The notes under the pieces: generated by a model | Told to the model about the DNA's origin: nothing | Seen by the model: the letters and a program-made list of their open reading frames with translations, nothing else | The model's database searches: none | Translations under genes and position numbers: made by a program | Assembly: GCF_001447785.1 (NCBI RefSeq) | Contig: NW_015161948.1 | Coordinates: 1,203,556 to 1,267,555 of the forward strand | Direction of reading: 5' to 3' | From: Gekko japonicus | Taxonomy: Eukaryota | Length of the DNA stretch: 64,000 bases | Part shown: piece after piece, positions 1-13,191 of the stretch | Layout: every line of letters starts with the position of its first letter | Position numbering within the stretch: position 1 is the first letter of the stretch

Positions 1-1553
1 AGCTTTTGATAAAGTTCCTCATCAAAGGCTCCTAAGTAAGTCACGGGATAAAAGGACAAGTCCTTTTGTGGATCAAAAACTGGCTGATTAATAGGAAACA
101 GAAAGTGAGTATTAATGGGCAATTTTCTCAGTGGAGGGTGGTAAGCAGTGGGGTACTGCAGAGATCAGTACTTGGTCCAATGCTTTTAACTTGTTTATTA
201 ATGATTTGGACNNNNNNNNNNNNNNNNNNNNNNNNNNNNNNNNNNNNNNNNNNNNNNNNNNNNNNNNNNNNNNNNNNNNNNNNNNNNNNNNNNNNNNNNN
301 NNNNNNNNNNNNNNNNNNNNNNNNNNNNNNNNNNNNNNNNNNNNNNNNNNNNNNNNNNNNNNNNNNNNNNNNNNNNNNNNNNNNNNNNNNNNNNNNNNNN
401 NNNNNNNNNNNNNNNNNNNNNNNNNNNNNNNNNNNNNNNNNNNNNNNNNNNNNNNNNNNNNNNNNNNNNNNNNNNNNNNNNNNNNNNNNNNNNNNNNNNN
501 NNNNNNNNNNNNNNNNNNNNNNNNNNNNNNNNNNNNNNNNNNNNNNNNNNNNNNNNNNNNNNNNNNNNNNATAAATCGATGGTAAGTCCTCATTTGGAGT
601 ACTGTGTACAGTTCTGGTCACCACACTTCAAAAAGGATATTATAGCATTGAAAAAAGTGCAGAAAAGGACAACTAGAATGATAAAAGGGTTGGAACACTT
701 TCCCTATGAAGAAAGGTTAAAGCGCTTGGGGCTCCTTAGCTTGGAGAAATAACGGCTGAGGGGTGATATGATCGAGGTTTATAAGATTATGCATGGGATA
801 GAGCAGGTTGAGAAGGAAGTACTTTTTTCCCTTTCTCACAATACAAGAACTCGTGGGCAATCCATGAAATTGCTGAGCGGTCGGGTTAGAACAGATAAAA
901 GGAAGTCCTTCTTCACCCAAAGAGTGATTAACACATGGAATTCACTGCCACAGGAGGTGGTGGCGGCTACAAGCATGGACAGCTTTCAAGAGGGAACTGG
1001 ATAAACCTATGGAGCACAGGTTCATCAGTGGCTATTAGCCACAAGGTATAGATAGGAACCCACAGGCTGGGGCAGGTGATGCACTGTATTCTTGGTGTCT
1101 GGGGGGGAGGCAACAATGGGAGGGCTTCTAGTGTCCTGGCCCCACTGCTGGACCTCCTGATCGCACCTGGTATTTTGGCCACTGTGTGACACAGAGTGTT
1201 GGACTGGATGGGCCATTGGCCTGATCCAACATTGGCTTCTCTTCACTGCCACATGAGGTGGTGGCGGCTACAAGGATGGACAGCTTCAAGAGGGAACTGG
1301 ATAAACCTATGGAGCACAGGTCCATCAGTGGCCTATTAGTACAAGGTATAGATAGGATCCCACAGGCTGGGGCAGGTGATGCACTGTATTCTTGGTGCCT
1401 GGGGGGGCAACAGTGGGAGGGCTTCTAGTGTCCTGGCCTCACTGCTGGACCTCCTGATGGCACCTGGTATTTTTGGCCACTGTGTGACAGAGTGTTGGAC
1501 TAGATGGGCCATTGGCCTGATCCAACATTGGCTTCTCTTATGTTCTTATGTTT
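1..1553 (+). mobile_element. CR1 LINE, 3' portion (RT C-terminal region plus duplicated 3' UTR), degenerate
   Basis: ORFs [47 protein letters not shown] and MIEVYKIMHG...INTWNSLPQEVV are typical CR1 ORF2; tail is CTCTTATGTTCTTATG; gap at 212-570. Confidence 0.93.
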
Positions 1554-1759
1554 TTAAAAAGATTGTGAAAACAATAATAAATAGAAGTTAAGCAATAAAA
1601 TCAATATTAAAACCAACTGTGCAGCAGACCAGAGCGAGCTTGCTTTGATCACAGAGCTCAGATGGAAGCGTTTTGGAGTGGCGCTGCTGGATAATTTACT
1701 AGATTAAGAAAGTCATCACTGTCAGCAAGGGAGGCCAAGATGGATTTGGACATCCAATG

Positions 1760-2600
1760 CCTCAACCCAAAGCTCGACAGAACAGCTCCATTTTACAAGC
1801 ACTGCAGAATTGTAACAGATCCTGTTGGGCCCTGATCTCAACTGGGAGCTTGTTCCACCAGGCAGGGGCCAGGGCCAAAAAAGCCCTGGCCGAGGCTAAC
1901 TGGATGTCCTTTGGGCCAGGGACAGTTAAGACATGTTGATCACTGGAGCATAGGGCTCTGTGGGGCACATATGGGGAGAGGCGGTCCCAAAGATATGAGG
2001 GTCCCTGGCTGCATAGGGCTTTGAAGGTCAGCACCAAAACCTTGAACTGGACCCGGGACTCTATTGGAAGCAACCACAGTTGGCACAGCACGGGCTGAAT
2101 GCGTGCCTGCACAGACTTCGCTGGTAACACCTGTGCTGCTGCATTCTGCACTAGCTGAAGTGTCCAGGTAAAGTACAAGGGTAGCCCTGCGTAGAGCGAG
2201 TTACAATAATCCATTCTGGTAGTGACTATTGCATAAGACACTGTAGCCAAGTCCTGAGAAGTGAGATAGGGAACCAGTTGCTTGATCAGTCGGAGATGAT
2301 AAAGGGCTGATTGAACAATGGTGGCATCCAGAACCACTCCTAAGCCCTTCACCCTCAGCGATGGCACCGTGTCCTGTGGAGTTGGATTCCCGTTTCCTAA
2401 GCCCTTCACCCTCAGCGATGGCACCAACGGTGTCCTGTGGAGTTGGATTCCCGTTCCCAGATTCCCGTGGCCTAGGTACAGGACCTCCCTCTTCATTGGA
2501 TTCAGTTTCAGTTGACTCTGTTGAAACCATTCAGCCACAGGCTGTAATGCCCTGTTCAATACCTCCAGAGCGGAGTCTGTCCATCCATCAAACAGATATT
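1760..2600 (-). mobile_element. L2 LINE 3' fragment (RT C-terminal region)
   Basis: ORF 1762-2559 has LKLNPMKREVL, ALYHLRLIKQLVPYL, TRMDYCNSLYAGLP and LQLVQNAAAQV, typical of L2; internal ~58-bp tandem duplication at 2339-2457. Confidence 0.9.
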
Positions 2601-3075
2601 ATTCCACCTAATACTGAACACAAAGCTCATGCAGCTGCTGTTACAGTCACTGTGACAATAAAGTAAGAAGCCCCAATCAGTTTCATAGTGTATATATACG
2701 TAGCAGAATTCTCAGAGTTGAATCCAGTCCTCTGAAACCTTCCAATGTTATAATTTCAGTTTCCCACACAAGGCCTATTTTACATTAATTACTTCCTCTC
2801 TGAATTTGAGCTGGTACAGTCATAAGGAGAGAACTTCACCATCTCAAAAAATTATAACACTGGCCCTTCGAAATGCCTGCGTGCAGCTTTGGAGACCTTT
2901 CAATCGATTCCTGACGGCTTACAGAAAATCAGGCAATGGGGAAAACAGAGCACAGCGAACAGATGTAAGTGTACACAGCGCCAAGTCAATCAACAAACCG
3001 CAGGAATTCTTCTCTATGCTGGCATATTCCCTTCTTCACAAGATGCCTAAATGTCAACATCAAGGTACACAATAT

Positions 3076-3328
3076 CCCTGTTCACAAGTTACAGTGAATG
3101 CACACAGAATCTATGTATAGTGTACACTTCATTTTTCTTCATACATGGGCTTTCATGCTACGTTCAAGGCATGTACAGCTAAGCATGCAATTTAAACCCC
3201 ACATTTACTTGGGTACTGGTTCCTGGTTTCATTTGTCAAGTGAATGCACATTACCTCCTTCTTACACGCAGGAGTATGCATGTACATGCAGGTTGTATGT
3301 GCATTCACCCTGTAACATGTCAACAAGA
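3076..3328. mobile_element. Palindromic MITE-like element
   Basis: Imperfect terminal inverted repeats CTGTTCACAAGTTACAGTGAATGCACA ... TGTGCATTCACCCTGTAACATGTCAACAAG. Confidence 0.55.
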
Positions 3329-3475
3329 CCAGCTGCAGCATGCAAAGAACAGGATGATTACTGCGCCTCTTGAGTGCTACAAGCAGCCGTGGCATTCTGG
3401 TTACTAGCAGTGACACAAACAGATGGACAAGCAAGTATGAACGCCACTGTTAGCACAAGGCTTGATCCTTCTTAC

Positions 3476-3734
3476 CCAAGTCTGGATCTCCCGGCTGGTA
3501 GCAGTGGAGATCCTGACTGTGGTTCCCCCATTCGTCTTGCGAGTACTCCTCCATTGTGCTGCCATCCGACTCCAGCTCTTGGTAGAGGCCACTACTGTTG
3601 ATAAGCACTGGCTGGCAGGGTTGAGAGTCCCATCCTCCTTGGCCAAACACCTGTTCCAGCTGTTCAAAAGTGTAGCTGCTTTTCCTCTTCCCAACTCCAT
3701 GCTCTTTCACTCGGCTGTAACACCTGCGAAGGGT
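3476..3734 (-). CDS. MSANTD2: MSANTD2 coding exon 2 (259 bp)
   Basis: Translates [77 protein letters not shown]..., matching vertebrate MSANTD2; acceptor ccttttgtatcttAG (AG at 3735-3736); donor G|GTAAG (GT at 3475-3474); in frame with exon 1 (phase 0). Confidence 0.95.
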
Positions 3735-6451
3735 CTAAGATACAAAAGGCACGTGTTAAGTTTAGACTACTCCGGAGTTCATTCAGTGCCCTATAATGAA
3801 TGACTACGTTCTCTTCTGTTCTGTATTCTGTAATCCACCTTGAGTCTCAGTGAGAAAGGCGGGCTATAAGTAAACTATGAATAAATAAAATACCAAGACT
3901 GCTAAGTATGATATGCATTAATTTCTATTTCTATCTTCACCCAAGCATTGCACATACTTGGACCGCTCTAGTTCTAAAATGGGATACTGCCAAGTAGCGT
4001 TAAAGCCAGGTTGAACTTTCACTGTCATCTACAGTTTTTGATATACAGTGCCTTTGCTTGCGTATTTACCACAAGAGGACAAGACATTGATGAGAGAGCA
4101 CTGGTTTAAAACAGTGATTTCATTTGTCGTTCTTTACAGCCAAGGCCTTTCACAATCCCCAAACTAGCCATAATTGATACAGAATTAAATCCCAGTCAGA
4201 TACCAACGAGCCCGTAAGACATACACCTTTAATAAAGGAAGGAGTGAAAATAGCTACTGTTTTGCCCATAGTCTGGAGAAGTTTAGGGGAAGGAGGGGGA
4301 CAGAGACAGAAGAAAGAAGTCACCAAAAGCAGACAGTCCGATCATCCCTTACTCCAGTAAGAAAACATTAAGAAGGTTTTTTTTAAATTGTTTGCCTAAA
4401 CTCTTTAGCTAGTAAAATATATTACTTACATATTTTGCATCCTTACTAACTCACTCTGTCTCTTGGGAAGCTGCTGAAATTTAAAAAAGGTGAAATCAAT
4501 AATGCTCTGAATTCCCATGCTTAAATATTAACATACAGTACTAAGATGGTTAGGCCTAATAATCAAACATTAAACCTAAATGTCCAGACTCTAGTCTTGA
4601 GTCTGCTGTGTTATATGCATCGATCCTAAATTGAGGTTTCGGCCACTTTCATTGTTGTTCTGATATCTCATGGGGTTGCTAGGACCATACATTTATGCAG
4701 CACAAGCATAAAGCTTTGTAAATACTTTGGCTGGGATACTATAAGACCTATACTACCCCCCACCCCTTCAGTAGCATGGAATTAGATTGACAAAAGAAGC
4801 ACTGAAAGTTACTCTTGACCATATTTTCCACCTGCCCCTGTGACACTGCTGCTGCTCATATGTTGTCCAAAGCCTGCAGTGTAAGAATTAACTAGTGCCC
4901 TTCCTGGTATTTGGAATCCCAAGTGTGGGAAGAAAGTTACTAATTGCAGTTTAATTTCATGATGCTGCTTTGGAGAAGTGAAGAGAGCAAAAAAGGGAAG
5001 AACAAGAATCATTTTGCTGCTAGAAGTAAACTACATTTTGTCAGATTCTGGGAGGCAGATAGACATTGCTGCTCCCTAAATTCACCACTGCTGAAACAAC
5101 AGACCTGGGAATGGCTGAACCACTGACCAAAAATACCAGCTTTAAGACAGAACTTTGGGAAACAGCACTTAGGAATAAAGCCCCCCCCCCATTTTTTAGA
5201 GAGCCCAGTCAAACAGATTAGGAGATTCAAGCCTGTTCACCTTCTAAGTCCAGTTCAGCCCATTCAACAAAATGACTTTTAATGATGTTTTGTAAACCTC
5301 CAGTGGGCCTTTCATCAAACTACTGACATAATACCATGTTTCACATTGTTCAGCATCCCGTGCTTAATACTTGTGCTTTGTTCAAACAGATTCACCCCAA
5401 AATCCTACAATTCCTGCTCCTATTACATTGTTTATTAGATGTATCATCTTATTGATTGTATTACCTTGTGTAACCTGCCTTGTGTTTGAGTGAGAAAAGA
5501 GGACTATAAAATAAAATTAAGTTAAAAATAAACAAAAGGAAACTAACTGATCGATCCCAACCCACTCCTTCAAGGATCCCAATTCTCTGATCAATAGGAA
5601 GGGGAGGGGGAGAGAAAAGAATGCATTGAATGCCATCTCAAACAGCAGGGCCAAAATCGGCCACCCTTTAGTATGTTCTGAATAAAACAGTCTTATTTGG
5701 TGCCTACTCTCACACTGAGCCTCAAACATTTTAAATCAAATTATTAAAATGTAAAGATATGTACACATGCACACATTTGTGATAAACACATCCAAAATAT
5801 TTAAGTAAGAATGGATTTTATGCCTTTCCACTCTTTCTGATAATGTTCCAGCAGAGGACACAACCAACTTACTGCAAAGACTTAGACTACATGAATAGGA
5901 TTGGTCAGCATGCCTTGTTGAGAGGTCAGAAGAACGAAGTCCACTAAAACTCGAATGCTTCTCCTTAGCTACATTAGTGAGAACTGAACCTAATAATATC
6001 GCAACCATTAATGCAGGCTAATTAGAGAGGATAAACACTTTTATTAACAGTCAAGCCAAGAACAAACAATGTCTCTATCATAATTAGCCAACAAATCTTA
6101 ATACACACTGATGACAGTCCCCTGGGAGTCTCAACACTTGCAAATATCTCTCCAAATGCTTGGGAGTCAATTTAGTATTTGAAGGTGTCTCTTCTCATTT
6201 CCTGCTACAGTGATACAGAAGAAATGTGACACAGTTTTTTAACCCAAAGTAAAGAGACTTCAGAAACACCCCCCACCCCGAAACTTGATTAATGAGGTTC
6301 AGGGATAAACAGCTACACTGCTCAGAGGGCTGGATTACGGACAGGAAATACTGCAAAATCACTCTCCTGACTCTTGGATCAGCGGAACTGATGCTTGCAG
6401 AAAGAGGGGATGATTATGTGGCAACTAATCCACGTGGAAGTCCAGGGTTGC

Positions 6452-6560
6452 TATGCAGAGGCAGGTGATAGCAAACTACCTCTGAACATCTCTTGCCATG
6501 AAAACCATAAGGGGGCTGCTGTCAGTCAGCTGTGACTTGACGGCACTTTCCACCACCAGT
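6452..6560 (+). mobile_element. SINE 3' tail fragment (RTE/BovB-like bipartite tail)
   Basis: GCAGAGGCAGGTGATAGCAAACTACCTCTG...GAAAACC...GACTTGACGGCAC is the same tail as the 5S-derived SINE at 27352-27582; related pieces at ~18725-18820 and ~58050-58140 (minus). Confidence 0.6.
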
Positions 6561-6825
6561 CCACATGGGTCTCCAGCCCTAAGAATCAACTTCCCTGGGG
6601 CTGCAAGGAACTGCTGGAAGGAAGGGTAATAAGGGAAAAACCCCTGCATGAGCAGATCACAAGATTCAACCTCCTGTAATTTACTGTTGGCAAAAATACA
6701 CTTCCTTGCATGTGAAAACAAGCTTTTCCCCAACTGTTGCAGAGTGCAGAAGTTTAAAAACAAACTAAAGGTATCAGCAGCACGTGCTTCTCAACAAGAA
6801 TATATCTACAGGACTCCCTGTAAGT

Positions 6826-7171
6826 AAAGGTAAAGGTTCCCTTGCTCGAAAGCCAGTCGAATCCGACTCTAGGGTTGCGGTGCTCATCTCTGTTTCAAAG
6901 CCGAAGAGCCAGCGCTGTCCGAAGACATTTCCGTGGTCATGTGGCCGGCATGACTAAACACCGAGGCGCACGGAACGCTGTTACCTTCCCACCGAAGGGG
7001 TACCTATTTATCTACTTGCAATTTCTTGCTTGCGAACTGCTAGGTTGGCAGGAGCTGGAGCTAGAGACGGGAGCTCACTCCATCATGCGGCACTCGGGTT
7101 TCAAACTGCTGATCTACTGACCTTCCACAGACTGCAGTTCAGCGTCTTAACCACTTGAGCCACCGCAGCTC
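6826..7171 (-). mobile_element. Sauria SINE, full length
   Basis: Minus strand has a tRNA-like head (GAGCTGCGGTGGCTCAAGTGGTTAAG...GTTTGAAACC) and an (ACCTTT)n tail; flanking direct repeat CCTGTAAGTA; closely similar to 22735-23084. Confidence 0.9.
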
Positions 7172-7449
7172 CTGTAAGTACCCTGTAAGTACTTTGCTAC
7201 AAATAGGTCTAGGAAAGTCTCAGACACTTAGTCATCTTGAAATATGAAATTTTCCCAGCAATAGTTGCAAGAATTGCCGCATTAAGTCAAACCAGCAGTA
7301 TCCCAGCTTTACCCTGTCTTCAACAGACAGCAGTTCTGAATGTTTCAAGGCAAGATTACAACAGCATAGGCCAAACACTGTTTGTACCCCTTGGTACTAA
7401 AAGCATAACCAGTTTAAGAAAATTGTCTAAATGTCCCTGGAGTAGTAGT

Positions 7450-7630
7450 CATAGATCAGTGACAGAGCTTAGCATGTACAAAGTCCCCAGCGCTGCCTCT
7501 GGCATCTCCAATTAGAAGGATCTCAGACAGCAGAACACCTGCTTGAGACACTGGAGAGCTACTGCCAGTCAGAGCAGACAATACTATACAGGGCTAGACA
7601 AACCCACCTATAAGGCAACTTCACACTGTT
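7450..7630 (+). mobile_element. Old tRNA-derived SINE with CR1-like tail
   Basis: Degenerate head, then CTGGAGAGCTACTGCCAGTCAGAGCAGACAATACT...TATAAGGCAACTTC; related minus-strand pieces at ~18150-18270 and ~32445-32525. Confidence 0.55.
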
Positions 7631-7849
7631 TGATTTGTAAATAGAACCGACATCAAAGTCAGTTTGCTTGTCACTAGTCACTCTTGTCCTTGACGGAGGT
7701 GGTGAGAGAAAAGGACAGAGTACAAGGCTGCTTGGGCCAACCAACCTGATTCCTTAAGGCAGTGCTTCTCAAACTTTTAACTTGCCCCAACCCCTCCTGA
7801 ACTTTCTTGTCCTTAAGGTTCACTAAATAGTATCCTGGTCTCCATATGC

Positions 7850-7968
7850 GGTTTTGTGCTGCCTCTTGCTGCATGTAATGTGGGATACTAATCCAGTCCT
7901 GTCTTTACGGGGTTTTGTGCTGCCTCTTGCTGCATGTAAGGTGGGATACTAATCCAGTCCTGTCTTTA
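7850..7968. repeat. Local tandem duplication, 2 x 58 bp (61-bp period)
   Basis: GGTTTTGTGCTGCCTCTTGCTGCATGTAA(T/G)GTGGGATACTAATCCAGTCCTGTCTTTA at 7850-7907 and 7911-7968. Confidence 0.9.
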
Positions 7969-9195
7969 GAAGAGGAATAGAACAGCATACCTACTGCACC
8001 CTTCTAAATCACATAAAGGGAACTCATCCTTTCTCCAGCTGAGACTGAGGCCATGGGGCAGCCGCAATACAACCCCACATATCCAGTGAGGATGACTGAA
8101 GGGACCATCAATCTCCTGCTTCAGGAACCTCCTTTCCCTGTGATTTTTTTTTTTTTAAACCACTTCAGGGATCTTCTCGTGCTCCACTATGGTCAGGCAT
8201 CTCCCACAAAAATCACTGCCCTTGGGTGACTGAGAAGGTGATCCAAAGAAGAACAAAGGCGTCAAATGACAGACGTTCTCCACACAGTGACTCCACCCCC
8301 AAATGCTGATAATCAAAACACACAGCAGTCCTGCTACACTTACAGGGTAGGAGAAAGGGATGACATACAGACTGCCTGGCCAATCAAAAAAGAGATACAA
8401 GGAAGTGCTAGGGGTATCTCCTCCATCATCTCCTACGAATTATCTACAGACACTAATCTCACATGCTTAGATCCTCTGGCACTGGGAACAAAAGACACAG
8501 TACCCTCTGGTGCTGAGTTTCTGACTGTCTGGGTACAGCCTCAACTGGTTAATATCTGCTGATATAAACATGATATTTTAAAAAGGGTTTAATTGCTGAC
8601 CAGTGGCCCCCATTATACCCGAACCTTCCAAATGATTAATGGAAGGCATACGGTTTCTTTCAGTGTCCTGCTGGAAATAAGATTAGCAATTATGCTCTCC
8701 CTCACTGATTCGTTCTTCTTTCTTCCTAAGCAGTAGCTGCAAGTGTACTCAACTGCCTCAACAGAAAATGTCTTTCTATTTGTGTTTTTTTTTTCCAGCC
8801 CAACCCTCAGAATGTTTACATGGAAGTAAGTCCCTTTGATTTCAGTAGAACTTACTTCAAAATACCTTGACAGCCTAAGGTCCACTAGGAACTTGATTAG
8901 TAACACTCTAACCTCCGAGACCCAGCCAATACATTGAAAGCAATTCTCTGGAGAAATAGAAAGGATCTGTAATTTTCCTGTGCAGACGCTACACAGCACA
9001 TAAGAGGGAGTAACTCGCAGTCTTATTACTAACCCTTCAAAAACCTTCCTGAAGAAACGGGCACAAAATAGGAAACTGGAGCCTTCAACGGCAACCCCAT
9101 ACCTGCTGAAGGACTCACGCGATTACCTGCTTACCCAAGAGTAAATTAAGACTAGGATCTGACAGTTTCGGAGCAGTGATTCAGTATATGCTCGT

Positions 9196-9322
9196 TCCAG
9201 AGGGTAAGCCATGCTGGTCTGCAACAGAACAGCTAGATACAAGTCCAGGAGCACCTTAGAGACTGACAACATTTAAACCTTGTTGGTCTCTTAAGGTGCT
9301 CCTGGACTCGAACCGAGCTGCC
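9196..9322. mobile_element. Short Penelope-derived inverted-repeat element
   Basis: AGTCCAGGAGCACCTTAGAGAC ... GTCTCTTAAGGTGCTCCTGGACT inverted arms; same family as 11380-11607. Confidence 0.6.
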
Positions 9323-11018
9323 TATGCTCAGAAGAAAAGCAACCCCCCCCCAAAAAAAAAATCAAATGCCCCAAGGCAGACAGTGGTACGCAAACAAGCC
9401 CAGGGTACCTAATCTGTGTGGCTAACTATTGGTTCCTTTGAAAATTAATTACTTTAATTCTCCCAGGCAAATGAAAGGAAAGTTACATCCAGGAAGGCAA
9501 ATGGCAAACATGATCTGCACTAAATCGAGTATCAAATGAGGAGATCAACATGTTATCACTGCGCAAAGAGCAGCACGCAGCATCACATTCTGTAAAACAG
9601 GCATAGCAAAGGCTTATCGGGGATGCTGACTTAGACCTAGATTAACGCTGAATGTGTGTCAGATAATAGTTGTCCAATATAAGTGGAAAATATTCTGTTA
9701 AGATAATGTTTTATTCAAAGGAACAAGATGTTTGCAGGCGCTGAATACATACATTTTAAGGAAGGACAGACCTGACCATTGCTTTGACTTTGTGCATCCT
9801 AGATGAGTAATTTTCCTCTCCTTATTACTCAAGGTGTTGCTTGATTAAAAGATAGGGGATTTTTTAATTTGAAAACAACTTTGAAGACTGCAAATGGTAA
9901 AAAGACCCATAGCTTTTAATAGCAAAATGAAAGTTAGGAGCAGAATCATCTTTATTTCTCCATTTAGAATATTCTATGCTGCCTCTTTATAGTATGGCTT
10001 GAGGCCGCTTACAATTAAAAATCACAGTATTAAAAGCCATTAAAAATGAAAACACCACAATCTTACTTCCCCCTTGAAGGTGTGCATATTTCTCAGCACC
10101 ATCTTTAGGAGAGGCAGAGGCACAATTCTTTGCTACATAAGCAAACATCACTTTCCTTATACAATTTATTAAAAAAAATGCAACAGCTGTTTCACAAACA
10201 TCAGAACTTTGACACTTATGATAGAATGGTTTCCTATCTGCATGTAGTTAAGAACAATGTGATAATTCCATTCAAACACTTGTGGAAATGATTTAGTGTC
10301 AAGGAAATTTGTCTCCTTGACCTCAAAGTCTGGCCAGCATTTTTTCAACCTTCTTTACCCATCAGGGGTTGATTTCTCAGGCAAGTGTTTAAGGGTCACT
10401 AATACATCCTAAAGGAAATAGCCACCCTGAGCCTGCTTTGGTAGGAAGGGCGGAGTATAAATTGAATAAAATAAATAAATAAACTGTCAATATACAGTCC
10501 AATCTTGTGCCCATTTACTCAACAGCCAGACCCTCTGGGTTTAATAAAGTTCACTCAGAGGTAAGTCCATACATGCTCTTTTAATGCAACTTTCTAAAGG
10601 AAAACACAGGGTCCACAGGGGAGAAAAAACCCAATTTTTGTAATACCTTACATTAAGATGAGCTGAAATATTGTAACAGTGTATGCAGGCTTCTCAGTTC
10701 TCTAACTTTCTTCATGAGGCAAGAAGCTGGGGGTTGGGGGAAGGATTGGGTAGAAAAAGAGGAAAGACAGACGGCCCAGGCCATAACACTAAGGCCTATG
10801 GCATCTTTTGCAAGATGTGTTGCAGATCAACTTTTGCTTTTCTGGGAACAGAAATAAAGGAAAATAACATTTTCCGTTGAAGAATATAAAAGCCAGCAGG
10901 TAATCAAATTCTCTCCAGCATCGAGATGCTTTAAAAGGCTGTTGGGGAAACACGGTAGTCCTTACACTAACAAAACTGATGCAACTAGTAAAAGAGCCAG
11001 CCAAACTGAGCAATTTTA

Positions 11019-11488
11019 CCTCATAAGTGGAGGGCAACAAGCCCCCATAAGCAAATCTTCATCCCAGATTATCTTCTTGCAATGTAAAAATCCCTCTGAT
11101 AGCTAAATTAAGACCGTTTAATTAGACTCTCTTGATTTTTTTTAGGTGGGTAGCCGTGTTGGTATGAAGCAGTAGAACAAAGTTTGAGTCCAGTGGCACC
11201 TTTAAAACCAACAAAGTTTTATTCAAGGCACAAGCTTTCATGTGCATGCACGCCTCATAAGTGGAGGGCAACAAGCCCCCATGAGGAAAGCTTCATCCCA
11301 GATTATCTTCTTGCAATGGAAAAATCCCTCTGATAGCTAAATTAAGACTGTTTAATTAGACTCTCCTGATTTTTTTTTAGGTGGGTAGCTGTGTTGGTAT
11401 GAAGCAGTAGAACAAAGTTTGAGTCCAGTGGCACCTTTAAAACCAACAAAGTTTTATTCAAGGCACAAGCTTTCATGTGCATGCACGC
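11019..11488. repeat. Tandem duplication, 2 x ~234 bp, including the left arm of a Penelope-derived repeat
   Basis: CCTCATAAGTGGAGGGCAACAAGCCCCCAT...TGTGCATGCACGC at 11019-11253 and 11253-11488, with few differences. Confidence 0.92.
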
Positions 11489-11607
11489 TTTCTCAGATAC
11501 AGACACTAACACTTGTTTGTATCTGAGGAAGTGTGCATGTACACGAAAGCTCATACCTTGAATAAAACTTTGTTGGTCTTAATAGTGCCACTGGACTCAA
11601 ACTTTGT
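11380..11607. mobile_element. Penelope-like pseudo-LTR inverted repeat with minimal hammerhead-like motifs
   Basis: Arms ~11412-11500 and ~11519-11606 are reverse complements; the right arm contains CTGAGGA-A-GTGTGCATGTACAC-GAAA-GCTCA. Confidence 0.7.
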
Positions 11608-13191
11608 GGTACTGGATTTTTCTGTTATTAAAGTGTATGCATTGTGCTCTTTGAGCACATATACAAGTCATATGAAAGAGATTTTAAAATATGCCCATGA
11701 CTGAAAAGCACAATATGCATTTTCATCTTCAAAGTTGTATGTGGAAGCAATAAAAATATTGTTGGAGCTAACCAGTTCACGGTCAAAAAGCCCTTCAGAT
11801 AGAAAACTTGAAAACGATTGTAAAAAGGAGTTTTATCATAAACCCACTACCATAGCCTTGGAAGGATCTTAATCTGTGTAGGGTGGCACTGCATATCAAA
11901 TTATTTATTTACGTTATTTATAGTACGCCTTTCGCACTTGGACTCAAGGAGGATTACATGGAGTCAGGCAATACAATCCACAAATGGGACATTCAATAAA
12001 CAATGCAATGGGATTAAAATAACGTTTTTCAATGTTCACCTGTGTTATAACTAATACTTGTCATACAGGAAGTTAAGATTACACAGTATCCCCTTCAGCA
12101 GTTGGCACTGTTTGACCTCAGACACATACAGCAACACGTCCTTTAAAATCCACTAAAATCTGGACTTGAGAGATGTTAAGAGTATGGAGCTATACCATGC
12201 ACTTTTGCAGGATTTCTCTATGATATGAATCTGGAAACACCTTGCAGTAAGTCCACAAAATCAACATTGTTTGAAAGTGCACCACTGACAAGCCAAACAG
12301 TGAGCAACTGAGCCTTTCAGAAGTTGTCACACGGCCTCATAAGCATAATGAGAGAGCTGCTTACTCAAACCTCTGCATTATGAGCTTGTTTCTCAAACTA
12401 GGTCTTCCAAGTTCAGTGCTCTATCCAGTGGTAAATGGCCTGCTATATCGTTCTCAGTATCTGGCAGCAAACCGGAACTGGATTCACCTTATGAGCCAAA
12501 TCTCTTAACAGCAGCTTTGGAATCCAGCAGAAATACCAAGAACTTGGAAGGAACAGTGCAAGAATCAATTAAACTATGCTTATTAAGAATGTCCGCAGAC
12601 CTAACAGTTATTAACGTCTATTACAATTATAGAATGCACATGATGAAGCAAGTCCAGCTGTAAGAATAACTAAGCTGAGAATCAGCGCCAAAACTTTCAT
12701 CTAAAGTTGTATTGGTAAAATGATGCAGTGTGGACACTCACGTGTAGTGATGACAGGAGAGCTGAGACAGAAGACTACAAATCTTTAAAAAGCTCACATC
12801 ATTAGATGTTCGATTTAGACCCATCTTCATACCAAGGATAGGAACCTCATCCATCTGCAATGATGCTACTAATATATTTGGCTCATTAAGCTGTAACTAA
12901 AATGACATCTACCCACAATTCTGCAGACCTCTATCATTCCCCATGGTATCCCCTCACAGTAGAAATACCTTGCTGTATTTACGCTGAACAAATGCCCCTG
13001 TTGAAAGCATTGTCTCTTTGAAAGCTAGGAATATATACTTCAATGGCTTTGTACTTGAATAATGAATGTCTGAGTGAAACTATGAAACTGATGTAAAGCA
13101 TCTGTGAGTTAAACAAGAGAATACCCAACTTGGAATAACTGCAACAACTGAAATCCGGTTTAAAACCTTTCCTTCAAGTAAATGCTTAAGA

